Shown here: piece by piece, positions 1 through 13,890 of the stretch | Layout of the letters: each line of letters starts with the position of its first letter | Position numbering within the stretch: the first letter of the stretch is position 1 | DNA from: Glaucostegus cemiculus | Taxonomy: Eukaryota | Direction: 5' to 3' | Assembly: GCA_976551045.1 (NCBI GenBank) | Contig: CDPCPM010000060.1 | Location: 15,438,001 to 15,502,000 of the forward strand | Length of the DNA stretch: 64,000 bases | Made by a program: the position numbers and the translations under genes | The notes under the pieces: model-generated | The model's input: the letters and a program-made list of their open reading frames with translations, nothing else | Databases searched by the model: none | Told to the model about the DNA's origin: nothing

Positions 1-1020
1 CAAGACAGGTGCACCTCAACACTGCGTGATTAGCCCCCTGCTCTACTCCCTATACAGACACGACTGTGTGGCTAAGCACAGCTCCAATGCCATCTTCAAA
101 TTCACTGACAACACTGCTGTTGGTCGAATCACAGGTGGCGATGAGTCAGCTCACCAGAGTGAGGAAGGACACCTGGTTGAGTGGTGCCGCAATGACAACC
201 TCTCGCTCAACGTCAGCAAAACTAAAAAGCTGATTGTTGACTTCAGGAAGGGGAAGGAGGGTGAACATGTGCCAGTCTACATTGAGGGATCGGTGGTGGA
301 GAGGGTCAGCAGCTTTAAATTCCTGGGTGTTAACATATCAGATGATTGGTCCTGGGCTCAGCACATAGATGCAATCATAAGGAAAGTGCTCCAGCATCCT
401 TACTTTCTTGGGAGGTTAAGGAGGTTCGGCTTGTTACCAAACATGGTAACAAACTTCTACAGATGAACTGTTGAAAGTATCCTGACTGGTTGCATCATTG
501 TCTGGTAAGGCAATTTAAACCTGCAGAAATGTAAGAAGCTGCAGAGAGCAGTGAACTCTGACAATACATCATAGGCACATCCATCCCCACTATTGATAGT
601 AACTACAGGAGGCACTGCCTCAGGAAGGCAACATCCATCATCAAAGATCCCCACCATCTGGGCCATGCCATCTTCTCACAGTTACCATTGGGCAGGAGGT
701 ACAGAAGCCTGAAGTCCCGCACTACCAGGTTCAGGGCTCCTTCTCTTCAACCATTTGGTTCTTGAACCAACCAGCAAAACCATAATCACTACAGTTTAGC
801 ATAAACCACTTTGACCATTTTGCACTAAAAATGGATTTTGTTATTTTTTTGTTCTGATTGTATTTTCTTGTAAAAAATTGTGTCTAATTTACGTTTAATT
901 GATGCTTTCTTGTGAATGCTGCCTATATGATGCTATGTGCCTTGTGATGCTGCTGCAAGTAAGCGTTTCATTGCACCTGTGCATACATGTACTTGTGCAG
1001 ATGACAATAAACTCGGCTTT
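1..1020 (+). mobile_element. Rex1/Babar-type LINE, 3' fragment (decayed RT C-terminus plus 3' tail)
   Basis: ORF 26..466 reads SPLLYSLYRHDCVAKHSSNAIFKFTDNT...LSLNVSKTKKLIVDFRK...FKFLGVNISDD, typical of Rex1 RT, with the FADD catalytic motif decayed to FTDN. GRRYRSLKSRTTRF follows near 690-735, and the tail ends ...gatgacaataaac near 1010. Confidence 0.8.
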
Positions 1021-2594
1021 GAATTTGATCAGTCCCTATACTTTGAATGATGTAGATCGCCAAAGTGCATTTTCTGCTTCAAACTGTAAATATAAAATTC
1101 CAAACCTTTAATTTCATGAACAGATCACATGCTTGTTTAACAAGTAAAGATCAAAAATAACGTGGTAACATTATCACATGATAAACATTTGGGATAAACA
1201 ATTTTGTTTCTGTAAAATGTCGTTTTGTTTACAACAGTTAGTGCCTTTGGTGTTTACTGCAACAGATGAAGCTGGCACTGAATATTGTGTAACCCCGAAT
1301 TCCGTTCAAGAGATAGCCTGCTTTTTAAGGGATCTTATTAAGTATGCTTAAATGTAGTTAGAATTCGTTTGATCGAAATACATACAGTATATGCATATTC
1401 TGTGGGGCGGTACATTCTCCGACATTGTCTTGTAATTAAGGTGTCCAGTCTTGCTTTTTACCTGAGGCTGTAAAGAATTTACCTATGAAGAACATGTAAT
1501 CGAACTTTTCACTCCAAAACAGGACATATAACGAACCGCCAACGAGTTTTAGGAGTTAAGAAAACTGCCCACGAAATTGTGATGGGCATTAATTACTCGA
1601 TTATTTTGGTTTAGACAAGTTCTTGGCGAATTTTTCTCTGTTGTGAACCACATGAAGTTTCCGGTTTCTTGTCTGCACTTTCATTGGTCCACAACAAGCA
1701 AAAAGCTACGATGATTCTATCCAAAAGGTGTCTCAAGTTCATTCCTAAACTGTTTTGCTAAATGGGACCTCTCGTTTTCAGGTGGATTAATCGCACAACT
1801 TATTTCGTCCTACACAGTTTAATGATTCTAAACTTCATTCGTTGTCCATGCAGGAACTAATATCTAAAAATAGCACAGCTACTGAAACAACCCATTAATG
1901 TATTTCATCAGATCTTGCCAGAATGAGAATAGGGAGATTGATAAATCTGGGATACCTAGAGTTCTGAGCAAAAAACAAAACCATTGGCTTTCTTCAGTCA
2001 CTGGTAGAGTGTGAAAAGCTCATGGCCTTGAGTATATCGGTTTTTTCCCCACACTCCACCTCAGTCTTAGTGTTGAATTTTGTGAGTGCCAGATTTATTT
2101 GCCGTACGAGTCATTTTATATTCTCGGGAAACAGAAGGTTTTCAGTTGTCCTCATCAGACAGGGGCTGGGGTACAGATACAACCACGGTCTACCTTCCTC
2201 CTTGCCTCGGCACGGGTATGGCACATCGAAATTAAATCTGGGATCTAGTCGAGATCACTCGTCGGATTATCTGGAAACCGAGTACACTTCACCAAGATCC
2301 ATCGTTTACGTTGCTTGCGCGTATTAATTGTTCCTGTCAGGTAAAGCCACCACTGAGTGTGCGGCATGGATGTTTATAAACGAGAGAGGGAATTGCGGTA
2401 ACTGTGGGTCATTGAGTCTAAGGGATAGAGTGAGAAACGAGGCAGTGGGATTGAAGTAGGTGCTGAGCAATGAGCGTATCATCTGAGTCCAGTCAAAATG
2501 AAAATTTCCAACTCCTGTAAATTGTATTCCTCTTGCCACTTAGATATACAAATTTTTAAAAATTGCCATTAGGATACTGAATAACTAAAGGCAC

Positions 2595-2695
2595 TTCAGG
2601 AAGAAGGGTCCTGACCCGAGACGTTGACCGCCTGCTTTTCTCCACGGATGCTGCCTGGCCTGCTGAGTTCCTCCAGCATCATAGTGTTTTTCATC
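2595..2695 (+). mobile_element. Penelope-like terminal repeat fragment with degenerate hammerhead-like motif
   Basis: gaagaagggtcctgacccgagacgtt...ctccacggatgctgcctggcctgctgagttcctccagc. The same motif family flanks the Penelope remnant at 55.9-57.65 kb. Confidence 0.65.
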
Positions 2696-2699
2696 AAGG

Positions 2700-3700
2700 A
2701 AGGCAGTGTTGTCACCCTAACATTATTCTCAATATTGCTCCCAATAGCGTGGAGCTAATCTACATGTCAAACATATACATCACCTTCATTTTAGATAACG
2801 TTGATAATCCATCTGTGGAATGCAGATGATCTTTGGTTATACACACGTTCAAAAGCTGAGCTCTGGGTCATCAACTCGTTCAATGAAGTATATATGAGAA
2901 TGGGCTTTTCACTTCACAGCTGTAAAACAAAGCTCCTCTGCCCTACTGTATGACACTACCCTCTGACAATATCCATTCTGAGACCCCAAAAAACGTGGAT
3001 CACGTCATCTATGAAGGCACACGTCAGTGATAAAATTCATCACTGCCTTTACTGCACTCGCAAAGCATTGGGCCAGCTATAAAAAAAAGTTGTTTGAAAA
3101 TCAAGGCCTTAAACCCAGCACAAGGCTCATGCTCTACTGGACAGCAGTTATTCTGTCCTCATGGACACTTCCGAGACAACGACGACGTGCAGCAGGCACC
3201 TCAAAGCATGGAGAGACACCACCAGTACTGCCTCTGCAGAATCCTCCGTATCCATTGGCAGAATAGGCAAACCCACATCAGTGTCCTCTCCCAGGCCAAC
3301 ATTCCCAGCACTGCGGCCCTAAGTACATTCAGTCAGCTCCTACCGCAAGTAGTCTTACTCACTTCTGTCACATGGACAGAAGAAAAAGCTTCCAGGGTGT
3401 TTTCCATGCTTCCCTGAATAAGAGTAGCATTCCCGCCAAATCATTTGAATCCCTCGTCCATGACCACTCAAATGGAGAAGAAGTATTTGGGATGGAATTG
3501 AGAAGGTCATGTCCATCGGGAATACACAGAACATCAGCATGAGTGACAGAAAGAGGCACCAACTCCTGAATCACTCACCTGCCCGCCCTTCTAAACGCCT
3601 CTTACCCTACCTGCGGCAGAGTGTGCGAGACTTATACTGGTGTCATCAGTCACCTCAGAATCCACGGAATTACAGTGGATGGAAGGCAGCCCCGACACCA
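2700..3700 (+). mobile_element. RTE-clade (BovB/Expander-like) LINE, decayed 3' portion
   Basis: Frameshifted peptides LFENQGLKPSTRLMLY and ERHHQYCLCRILRIHWQNRQTHISVLSQANIPS, plus a terminal zinc-finger remnant YPTCGRVCETYTGVISHLRIH (about 3604-3665). Confidence 0.75.
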
Positions 3701-6700
3701 AGACACTACTTGAGAATCGGTGTAGGATATGTGGTTCGGTAGGATCTGACAACTACACTAAAGTCAGTGTATGCGGTGTATACAATGCTGGGTATCATAC
3801 AGTTCAATTCGCCAAATGCCGTGCACCAATACAACGGTGCGGGTGACTTTAGGAATAATACGCACAATATTTGCTGCATATCACCAGTCATGTGGCCCGG
3901 TAATCCTTATTCGTAATGGCAGTTTATTTTTTTCCGTTCTAACCACATTATACTCACCACATTTTCCAAACTTAGCATCAAAGATTTTCCCTTCCCATAA
4001 CACGTGTTTCGATATTTTCCCTTAAAGTACATCACTCCCTGAATTTCATTTCCAGTGGTTCGAAAAGAGGAACATATTTGAATCTGCGGCTAAATTTAAT
4101 TCAAAAATCTATGAGAACGTGGTATGGTCAACGGGGTTGGTATAGTCGTAGATGAGCTAATTAAATATAGTATTATAGTGTTGCATATGTCAGAACAATG
4201 TGCTATTATATCTATTCGTGATTAAAACTGAAAGCCCAGTACGTGGTATTAACCTCTTATGTAGGGGCTGTAAAGCATTGTAGGGAATCCTGGGAGAAAG
4301 AAAAAAAAACACAATCTCATTCTTTTTTTTCCCCTTTCAGATAATTGCAGAAGGATGTCCTATTAACTTCGAGTTTAAAATTCAGAATTGGTATTTAACT
4401 GCAGTTTTTTAAATGCAAACTGGGCAAAATGTTTGTTGGTTCTGTATAAGATCCTTGAGAATTCTGTTAGTTTCACGCAAAGTTCGAATGGATGTGATTA
4501 AAGACAGAAACGGCTCTACAAGAGCTATGCTTAAAGAAAAAACATTTCTCAGCTAATTAAACAGTCCATTGTGTTCGAAATCGTAAGATCCAACTGTTTC
4601 CACTAGTCAATGGCAATTTCTCAGGATCCCATGGACTATTCTATCTTAAACTACTGAAGTGTGTAATATCATAATAATAATTCCTGGACAGAATTATATC
4701 AGTAAATTGTCAAAAATCATTTCTGTAGCAATACAGATGAATTATTGCCGAAAATTGCAAGAAGTTTGAGAATAAAAATACTCTGGGAGACGCGGCAAAG
4801 GAATGTAGAAACACAGAAATACTTGCCTAAAACCGCTACAGTTTCGTTTTACGGACGTTGTCTACAACTTTGCTTAACATGATATTCTCTCCCGTTTAAT
4901 GACCTGCTGACTGAAATAATATCCAGAACAACTCATTCAATGCTGATTGCAGTCCGTTACAAAATCCCGAGTGCAGTTTATTATTAATGAAGCACACATT
5001 TAAAGAAAAAAAGTTTCCCCAAATTATCAGAGTAAAACGTAGAGTGCTGTGAACTGCAGACTACCTGTTTTTTAGCAACGGAAATGAACTTCAACTGACA
5101 TTTACCATGTCCTTTCATGAACATCTTAATGAAGTCAAGCAGGAAAAAACAGCGCATTTAGGGGAAACTTAGGTACTATTGTCGTAAAGTATTGTATGTT
5201 GTATGTAAAATAAATTCCATACTTTTATGGTGTATTACTTCGATGAATTTGTTTTTTTCTTCATAAGCTGAGCGATAGATTTCGAAAAGTGTGAAAAACA
5301 GCAGAGAATCAAACATCCATTGATGTGACACCAACACGTGGCAACGTTAATTAATATGGTTATTAAATACACCTTGAAAACTAATAACGGTTAATCAAAC
5401 TATCAATATTCTGTTTACTGTTGTTTTTATTGCACTGGTGCATTTATTGTTTTATTCTGTAAATAAAAGAAGTGTTTAATTGGATATTAATTCGTTTAAG
5501 GTGGGATACGGGTGTTCACCCACCTGACACAGATGTTCTTATTGTTTTTGTATTGAATTCACCCTGACCTAAAATAGCGCAACATTCACATCGCTTTTAG
5601 TGAGGAATCTGCAGTCCATAATTCGTATTTCCATATAGCTGAACTAACCTAATTAAGTAAATCAAGTAAAATTACCTAATCAAGTAATTTTAGCTATATT
5701 GAAATACATCAATTAGATCAGCGCTGAGTTGCAATTCAGGTAAGGACTATGTAGCCAAAGGTGTTCTAACACACAAGTTTAACTATGACACGGAGCGCTT
5801 TAAGGAACTATGCCAAGATGAAAAAAATTAGATTTAAAAAAAATAAAACAAAGTGATAGCGGGATATAACTACCACCCAACGCATGATTCCGACCAGAGC
5901 TGTTACTTTGAAATCTCTATTTGCTATACCAGCATTAACAGATTGACAGTCTATACCTTTCGTCGCGATTTATTTCAGTAAATGAATCCCATATTCCTTC
6001 ATGTTTTACAATATCTGATTCAATTAAAAATATACAAAATGCATAGCGCAGTGTCATCAAAAAGAACAAAACATGCCAACTGTCAATGTTGATAATGTTT
6101 GAATGTGCAGCCTTGCTGGAGGTTTGTGTGCACCAAACCTGCATATTCACTAACTCAACATTTTATATTTTGTTTCAGCAGGTCGTTTAAATCAATATTT
6201 GCCTTCATTTATAAACTTAAACATTAACCGTTTAGGATGTATTTTATTCCTTTGCCAAAGCGATGCTCTACCTTTAATTTGTTTAGATCATCTGGCAGAA
6301 AAAAACCTAGAATATTTCATAGCTGGTGTCATCGTAATATTCAGCATTGGATATTTAATGAACATAATGTGTCTCTAATGCAAGCATTAGAGCATTTTAA
6401 AAATAACCAGAAAGAATAACTGCTCGAAGTCGGAGAAATTAATTCTTCGAAGTGGGGAGAGTTATTTTAACACCTTCTTGGGGTCTTTTAACATCTTAAT
6501 CTTAGTTTAATCCGGTCTAATTTCCTAAATTTGTCACATAGGAGGGAAAGATAAAATTTACAAGCGAATATTTCCATTCGCCTACCGGGAGAGACGGTTT
6601 AGCATGGATAATCCTGATCTATTCGAAGGACTTGCGGTTTATTAGGGTCGCATTTCCGTTAACAGCAATGCTTCCACCCCACCTCACCCGCTCACTATCT

Positions 6701-8949
6701 CCCCCACTGTCCATGACTAAATGCAGTTGATTTGGGTGGAACTAAAATTCCCGCACCTACGTTTGTATCCCATAGACTCGATTGTTGTCTGTCCCGGGTG
6801 GGACGAAAACGTTGAATTTAAACTTGCAGTGTTCAGACCGAAAATTGAGAAGGAATTTTAAAAAGTAAACTTTCCCACACATTTTGTTACATTTAACTAA
6901 TATACTATCTTGACGACCTTTAAAAAAAAGAATAATTTATTGAACTGATTTTAATAGTTCAAGGTTCCCTTGTACAGCAGTCAATCTGTGCGGTCTCTTG
7001 TTGGTTGTTCATAGGATGTGCATTCCTGGTAGATAAATGGATTTAAAAGTTTACAGCATACGTATTTAAAGATTTTAAAGAATGCCTTCAAATTCAAATT
7101 AACATGTGAAAAGACAAATAGTACCTTACATGAAATGTCACCTAGACGTTGTTCCTGAGTAATCTACAGAGTTTTTGGACAGTATTAACCTGTTGGAATG
7201 CTAGAATGCTTCATCCGTCTTGTATTATGACCTTCAACTTTATTTGTTTGGGGGCGGGGTGGGGGGGGGGAGGATGTGGAATCGGTGAGCTGCGACTCCA
7301 AACAACATTTTAGCATTATAAACTGTGTTTTGGTTCAAAGATTCCCAGGCTCGCTGTCACTCTAAATACGAGAGACCCTACCCGATTTTCACAAATGGTT
7401 AAACTGGTGACCACGATCTCGACCATTTCTTATGTAAAGTGCTGCATAAACTCGGAAGAATTATATGTTAATACGTAATGCAGTTACAATTTACTGTAAG
7501 AAACAAAGGTGTGCTCCTTTTGATAGTCTCCCCTTCATTGACGAATAGTTACAATGGATATAAAACTGTTGGTTATTTGCAGCGATGAAGCAAATTATAT
7601 GTTTTAAAATGACAGCTAGCCTCCGCAGTTCATGATATTTCATTCATTCACAGTAAGAACCCGGTCTGCGATTTCTAAGTCTTTTCAATGGGTTTTATTG
7701 ACCCTGTCCAAAAACCATATTTTAAAAAAATTATTGAATTCAAAAATTCAATTACAATGAAAAGTGCTAAACCCTGAGAGTGATGCAAAACGGGGATTAC
7801 TGCAGGACTTAAGACATGACCAATGAAGAAATAGCCAAGATTATTAAAACAATAGGGAATTAAGTTTTATATTTGCATCTGCGCGTATGTTTAAAAATGG
7901 CAGACATATAAAACCCAGTGGAAATGGAGGATAAGCACGGAATATTCACAGCCAATATATGAAATAAATACAAATTAGAACACAAATAAAACTCCTTCAT
8001 GGGGAAGTTATTATCTGAGTTGCATTTTCTACCTGGCTCTTTCTGAGTGCGTGAATTTACAGACCGGTAAACCATCCATCAAGATCTTCCGCTGTATGGA
8101 TACTCTAATGATCTAAAAACAAGTAGATAAGATGAGTAGATACAATTGCCGAAATAAGCTACGATACTGAAACAGTGGCTTCTTCAATTTTTGCATTATT
8201 CTGAATCTTGCTCAGCTTATTTTCTTTTCTGTCTTATGGCCAGGTCATTACAAATGTACATGTTATAACATGTTAGAAAAAAAACATACAGGTACAAATT
8301 TGTTAAAGATGTTCCTCCAAGGGATTTATGGAAACTGGCTCTTAACACAGAATTGTCTGGGGGATGAAGGTAAAGGAAGTTTAAATTGAAACTTCTGCGT
8401 TGGTTTTCATTAGGTCCCAGGGTTATTTAAGGAAAGAATTAACAATGGCAGCAATAAGTTTTTTTTTAAGTGATGAGCAGGCGAGTTCGCCTATTGTCGT
8501 GGATCGGCATCGAGCTTTTGAACCGGCTCAAACAGCGTCAAACTGGGATTCAGTAGAAGCAAAGAACGCCGAGACGTGACCGCAGAGCTTTAACCAAAGT
8601 GGCATATTGGTGAAATGATTTACCGTTAGACCAGCTAAAGAAACTTGATGCTGGCAATCATTGAAAGTGGCTGTGACGAATGTTTAGTCGACTAGAGTGG
8701 CAAGGTGAGAAAAATATTTCGGTTTGAAATTAGACATTCAACGTTTCATTGAAGACTATTGCTCGACGTCAGTTTTCTGTGAATAATTGTGCATTCAAGT
8801 CATCGTTCACTTCAGACTGTTTCCTTGTTAAACGCTGAAATGTGAATGACAACATTTTACAGACTTAAACTAAATACTACTTTCTTACGCCAATGTTTTA
8901 TGCGTAATCTTATCGTTGTAAAAAAAAGATCATAAAAATGTAACAGAGT

Positions 8950-9365
8950 TGCAGTGTTCAGACAAAGCCGGGACTCAACAGGGGCGTTGCAAATCAAGTA
9001 CAGCGTGCTCATTAAATTGACCCGGGTTGGATTTTAAGATAAGAACAGATATATATTCATCCTCCTAATTACATTACTGTCATGTGTTTAATTGTCCCTT
9101 CTTTTGAAGTGTTTTGTGAGGAGATCTGACCTCCCCATTTATCTGATCTACATATTAATTGGGGGGAAGAGGTGGGAGACGCTGAGGGTCTGGGATATAG
9201 CAAGTTGTTTCATCTACAAGCTCCTGCCTCTCACGAAAAAACCCACAAAAGGACTCGAGTTCAAGTCGACTCCCTTCTATGCTCCGCGATTCCGAATCGT
9301 TCACAAGTCAGTTCCGTGCTGCGAGTCTGCCAGAGCGTTTAAGTACTCGAAACTGATTTTTGGGA
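8950..9365 (+). promoter_or_regulatory. Putative ALX4 proximal promoter / 5'UTR
   Basis: CpG-containing, apparently repeat-free stretch directly upstream of the ALX4 ATG, with several TAAT/ATTA cores. The TSS cannot be located from sequence. Confidence 0.4.
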
Positions 9366-9717
9366 ATGAACGGGGAGACCTGCGTGTCATATTGTGATAT
9401 AACGAGTATGGATTCATATTATAACCCAACTCCGCAGGGGAGAGAGCATCAACACTCTCCTTTTAGAACATTCCAGCCAAGTGACAAGTTCGGCCCCAAC
9501 TTCCTGGCCAACAAAGGCCAAAGTTATGGTGACAAGTCGAGGAACCCCTTCCATCAGGAATGCGAGCCACTGGACACCAACGTTCAAAACCCCACCGGCG
9601 ACAGCGCCTTTAACAAATATCTCTATATGCAGAGCGCTGGCAGGACGGCCAAGTCCCCTGCTCAAAACAAGAAGATTCAAGAAGCCAGCCACAACGGCGC
9701 CTTGATACCCTGCTACG
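9366..9717 (+). CDS. ALX4: ALX4 coding exon 1
   Basis: MNGETCVSYCDITSMDSYY...SPFRTF...DKFG...ALIPCY matches the ALX4 N-terminus (MNAETCVSYC...VPCY). Donor G|gtgagt at 9718. Confidence 0.95.
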
Positions 9718-11279
9718 GTGAGTCATCCCTTGGGGGAAACTTCATCTCGGGCCATTTGGGTTGGGAGTGATTGAATATTGGTTCCTGCATTGCGTGAAAT
9801 TAAAACGTACTTCAATGCGACAGTGGCTGCCTTTAAAAGATTGGTCCTCTGCAGTGTCAAGTCTAGAACTTATTCCCAGTGGTAAACTTTAACGCGCTAT
9901 CACCCCTTTATTGTTTGTCGAGACAGGCTGTGGAGAGGCAGAGGATATCTTGGATCTGTGAGTGTGCATGTGTTGTTTGCTTCGTTTTAAACCAGATTTT
10001 GACCGTTATTTCTTTGCCTCCCGTGAACTACATTAGAGAATAACGGCGCTTTAGACAATTAGATTCGTTGCTTCGAACAAAACGCATATTCGAGTAAACT
10101 AACTGAAACTGTTCATTGGACCACAAAAGAAATAAATCTTTGACCGGGTTGGTTACCAGGAATGAGCCGAAATGAACGCTCTATCCTGGGCGACGGGACA
10201 TGTCCGAGGACACGGTGGTGTGTTGATTGTAAAGCAGAAAGGCGAGTGAAAGCTGCTGGCGTGAGACTGCACCGTGCAATGCATTGCCCCAGCTCCGCTC
10301 CCCTGTGCCTGCCGCACCTGTGCTTTGACTTCCCGTTAAGTTGCCGTGCGTGTGGACACTGGGCAATAACTCAAAGAGCCCGAGCTGATGAAGGAGCGGC
10401 GCCCCGAGTCGAAAGGTGCCAGGTTATATTAACAACTCATCCATCAGCCGGGTTCCGCAAGGCAATGGGAGGACGGGTGCATAGCCGCCTCAGGTTCATT
10501 GGCCATCCCGGACTTATCTGGGTAAAAAAAAATTCCCAGTCTCCCACTGAACAGCAAAAACTCCGCTGGCCCCCATCAAACGAGAAGTGCTCCTACAGCG
10601 TATTGACCCTTGCACAGCGCACATCTCAAACTGCCACCGCCCGAAAAAAAAAGAGAAAGTGAAAAAAAGCTGAGTGCTTTTGACTGATTTATGCTATAAA
10701 CATTAGCTTTGTTTTTCTTTGGGAGCAATTTGACGAGGAACGATCAATCTCGCGAAAGAGGCAATGTCACTTTCCATTGACTGAGTGTGCAGGCTACATT
10801 GTTAGTGTTTTTGGGTCGCTGTAACGTAACGATGAATGCTTACTGTTAACTCCAGTCTAGTCTACTTCAGTCATTTAATAATGAAACCATTCGCGAAAGA
10901 TACAAACATCACAGCAAAGAACCACCAACATAGGACAAGAATACATTTCCTCCAACATTGTTTATTGTTTTTCGTGAGAACCTTGTGAACGGAGGAGTCA
11001 AACTGTTGCATTGCATCACAGCCCCATGGGCAGTCAAATGCTGCTAATTAATGGGGAATTTACAGATACTATAGTAATGTAGGGCTTTCCATTGTCAACC
11101 TTGAAACAGCTGATTGCTTTTGATCGGTTCTTTAGGTTGCAATTCTTTCGCATGAAAGGAACCCCCCAAAAAACACAGCATTTTAAGTCACACGTCGAAG
11201 TATTTCAAGCAGTAATTTCCCTCTAGATGCTCATTTCCTATTGAAAGTGATTTTGCATTTTTGGCTCGAGATACTTCAC

Positions 11280-11700
11280 ACGTAGCCTTCAAGGTAGGAA
11301 AGCAACCAAAGGCTTTTCGCGGGAGCGCAGTGTTTCAAACAGTGACACCAAATGAAGAAGGTTCTATCAATGCGGGTGATTTAATGATGCAAGCTTTAAG
11401 GGGAATCAGAGGAGAACAGGGGGTTAAGGCTGTTACTGTTTATTTTGGGGGGAGGAAGAGGCATTCCAGACCTTGGGCACTGGTGGGATGAAGAAAGCGA
11501 AGAATGGACAGGCGTCCAGTGTCGGAGGACACCGTTCTCGGGAGGCGAGAAGAATATGTCTGGCGGATGGAGGTGGGTTGGGGGGGGGGGGGAGGTGAGT
11601 GACAGTGGAGGGAGAGAGGGAGAAGTTGGCGAGATGTCCTGAAAACAAGACCGAGAGCACTGAATTCAAGATCTGGCTGGTGAAAGAGCCGGTATAGGTC
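11280..11700 (-). mobile_element. Highly decayed L2-like LINE fragment (antisense)
   Basis: Purine-rich tract including gaggcattccagaccttgggcact, resembling the antisense 3' region of L2. Weak match. Confidence 0.35.
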
Positions 11701-13729
11701 AGTGAGCACAAGGATGATGATGTGTGAGTGGCGTTTGCAGTAGTTTAGATTATAAACAGTAGGGCTTCGGACTGGTTCAGATTTGGGAAGGGTGAAAATG
11801 GAAGCCCAGCAGAAGGGTCAAGGCTCGAGGTAGTAGAATGGGAGCTGAAGCAGAAGATATTTCTATTTGAAATAGATACAGATCTTAAATTAATTGATGA
11901 CACGATTTAATATTGGAGGAGGCTTACAATACAATTGAATATTTATATTTATACCTCGCAACAAGTATAAGTACTTGAGATGGAGAGCTCCCGCGTTTTG
12001 AATGTAAGCAACGTGGTAAACAAATTGACTCGGGTTAGGTTACACGAAACGCTCAGAAGAAATCTTTTCCTTGGTGTCAATCCAAGTACGGAGTGAATGT
12101 GGCGTTTAAGAATTCTAACGTCAATCTTTAATTATTCCATAAACTCTGCTTCCTTTCAATAAACAAAAAAAATGCAAATCAAATGATACTTACGGCATAG
12201 ACATTGGGCCTAAAATACCTCGGTATACCGTCTTCAAGAAGCAAATGTGCATCAGGGAGTATTCGAGCTGAAACAAATATACGGCGCAGAAGCTCAAACA
12301 GTAGAAAGTTAATTTCAAGATAAATCTGTAACAAGTTATAAAACGATTATGAGTATACTGCGCCTAGTTAAGGTAAGACACCAAAATGAACTTGGAAGTT
12401 GTTTGGGCACTGGACATTTCACTTCATTTCATCTCCCTCCAAGACAGCCTAAACTTCTGCTTCTGCACTAAATAGAATGATAACAAAGGTAAATCATGGC
12501 ATTTTCTACTAGAATCTGTCTACTGGATCAAAACAGGATTCATCCTGACGTGTGATTTCTATTCATTTGTTCATAACTTTATGGAAGATGTAACAGAGCA
12601 ATAAATAGATATACAGGTACCTTATCAAGGAATAAATAGTTTCCCGAATGGACACTACTGAGTCCTTCTTGTGATGAGCTGATGCTCGTCCTGTACGGTA
12701 AAAAGAAATGTATTGATAACACGGGGCAGGTAACTCGACCCCGTCTTAACACTACTGTAGAGATTTAAGTTTCTATAAGCCCCACAGCTTTCTTCTTCGG
12801 GTAGGGGCGGAACCCAGAATTTCTTTGATTTAGATGGAGTATTTCCACATTCCAAGCTTAACGAGTTTACTGATGAACTCTTCCAGTGAGCGGACATACA
12901 CTGGGACAATGTATTACCGCTTCTTCATTCCCACGGCTCCTTTTCCAATTGAAAAAAAATACAGAAAAAAACGACGCAAGAATGTGCAGATTTTGGTCAT
13001 ATGTCCCTATTAAATCTAAATCCAGGGCTGACACGCTACAAGATGCCTTAATAAGTCCATTATGGTGTAATGAATCATATAACAAAATTGTCTTTTTGGA
13101 TACAAGCCAAAATCGCAAGCCAAATTATCTGCGCAATACCAAAGGAGATACGAGAGTGCTCAAGCGGCTTTTAAAAAAATATATCATTCCTCAAAGGACC
13201 GAATTGGTAATTATAGCAGAGATAATAGAAATAATTGTAAATATGTATATCCTACTCAACGTAAAAGTGACTGTGAGATAAAGGATACTTGGGATGCAAC
13301 CAATTACGTTGCTTGGGAGGAATCACATGCTTACCATATTGTGATCTGGGGCATCGCTGGCCAGCTGGTGATATCAAGGATGCTGGAATCATCGCGGATG
13401 CAACATAACCTGAAGTTGTTTCATTTTGTTCTGATTTGGGACAAGGGGGTCAAAATAAGACATAACTAGCAGCCACTCCCGATGTTTACTTACTCGAGAG
13501 ATACCCATTGAAAAATTTGCAAAAGTGCCAAGTTTCATCGGAATTTAATGCAATATGACATCCAAGCAGATGCACTGGAGAATTGCAAAAATGCAGCTTC
13601 TCCAGTCTGCTACAGCACAAGTCGTACTAATCATCGTCAGTTTCTTGTGTCTCTGTGCTAAGCATTCATTATTCAATGGTATTTGATTGTATTTATATCA
13701 GTATTCTTGCAGGGACAATGACAATTGTC

Positions 13730-13841
13730 TTGCAGAAGACAATGTTCAAACTCCACACAGGCGGCACCCAAGGTCAGGATTGAGCCCAGGTCTCCAGCAA
13801 TGTGAGGCAGTAGCTCTACTAACTGCACCACTGTGCTGCCC
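13730..13841 (-). mobile_element. HE1/V-SINE 5' head (tRNA-derived), 3'-truncated
   Basis: Reverse complement gggcagcacagtggtgcagttagtagagctactgcctcac...ctgggctcaatcctgacc...gtgtggagtttg: A/B-box-like head plus the start of the V-domain. Confidence 0.75.
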
Positions 13842-13890
13842 TAAACTGATTATTTTCAACCGGTGTGAAAATTCACTGCAACCGTAAGCT

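Noticed and set aside
9718-9770. ORF-track extension of ALX4 exon 1 (GESSLGGNF...)
   Set aside because: Read-through into intron 1 past a strong gtgagt donor. Exon 2 supplies the homologous AKDSPLGE sequence in the right phase; the ESSLG resemblance to human AKESSLG is too short to interpret.
10162-10662. 166-aa ORF in ALX4 intron 1
   Set aside because: No recognisable domain; it lies in a GC/CpG-rich patch where stop-free frames arise by chance.
12886-13281. 131-aa ORF and other 60-130 aa intronic ORFs
   Set aside because: No homology I can recognise, biased composition, many non-ATG starts and no supporting splice structure.
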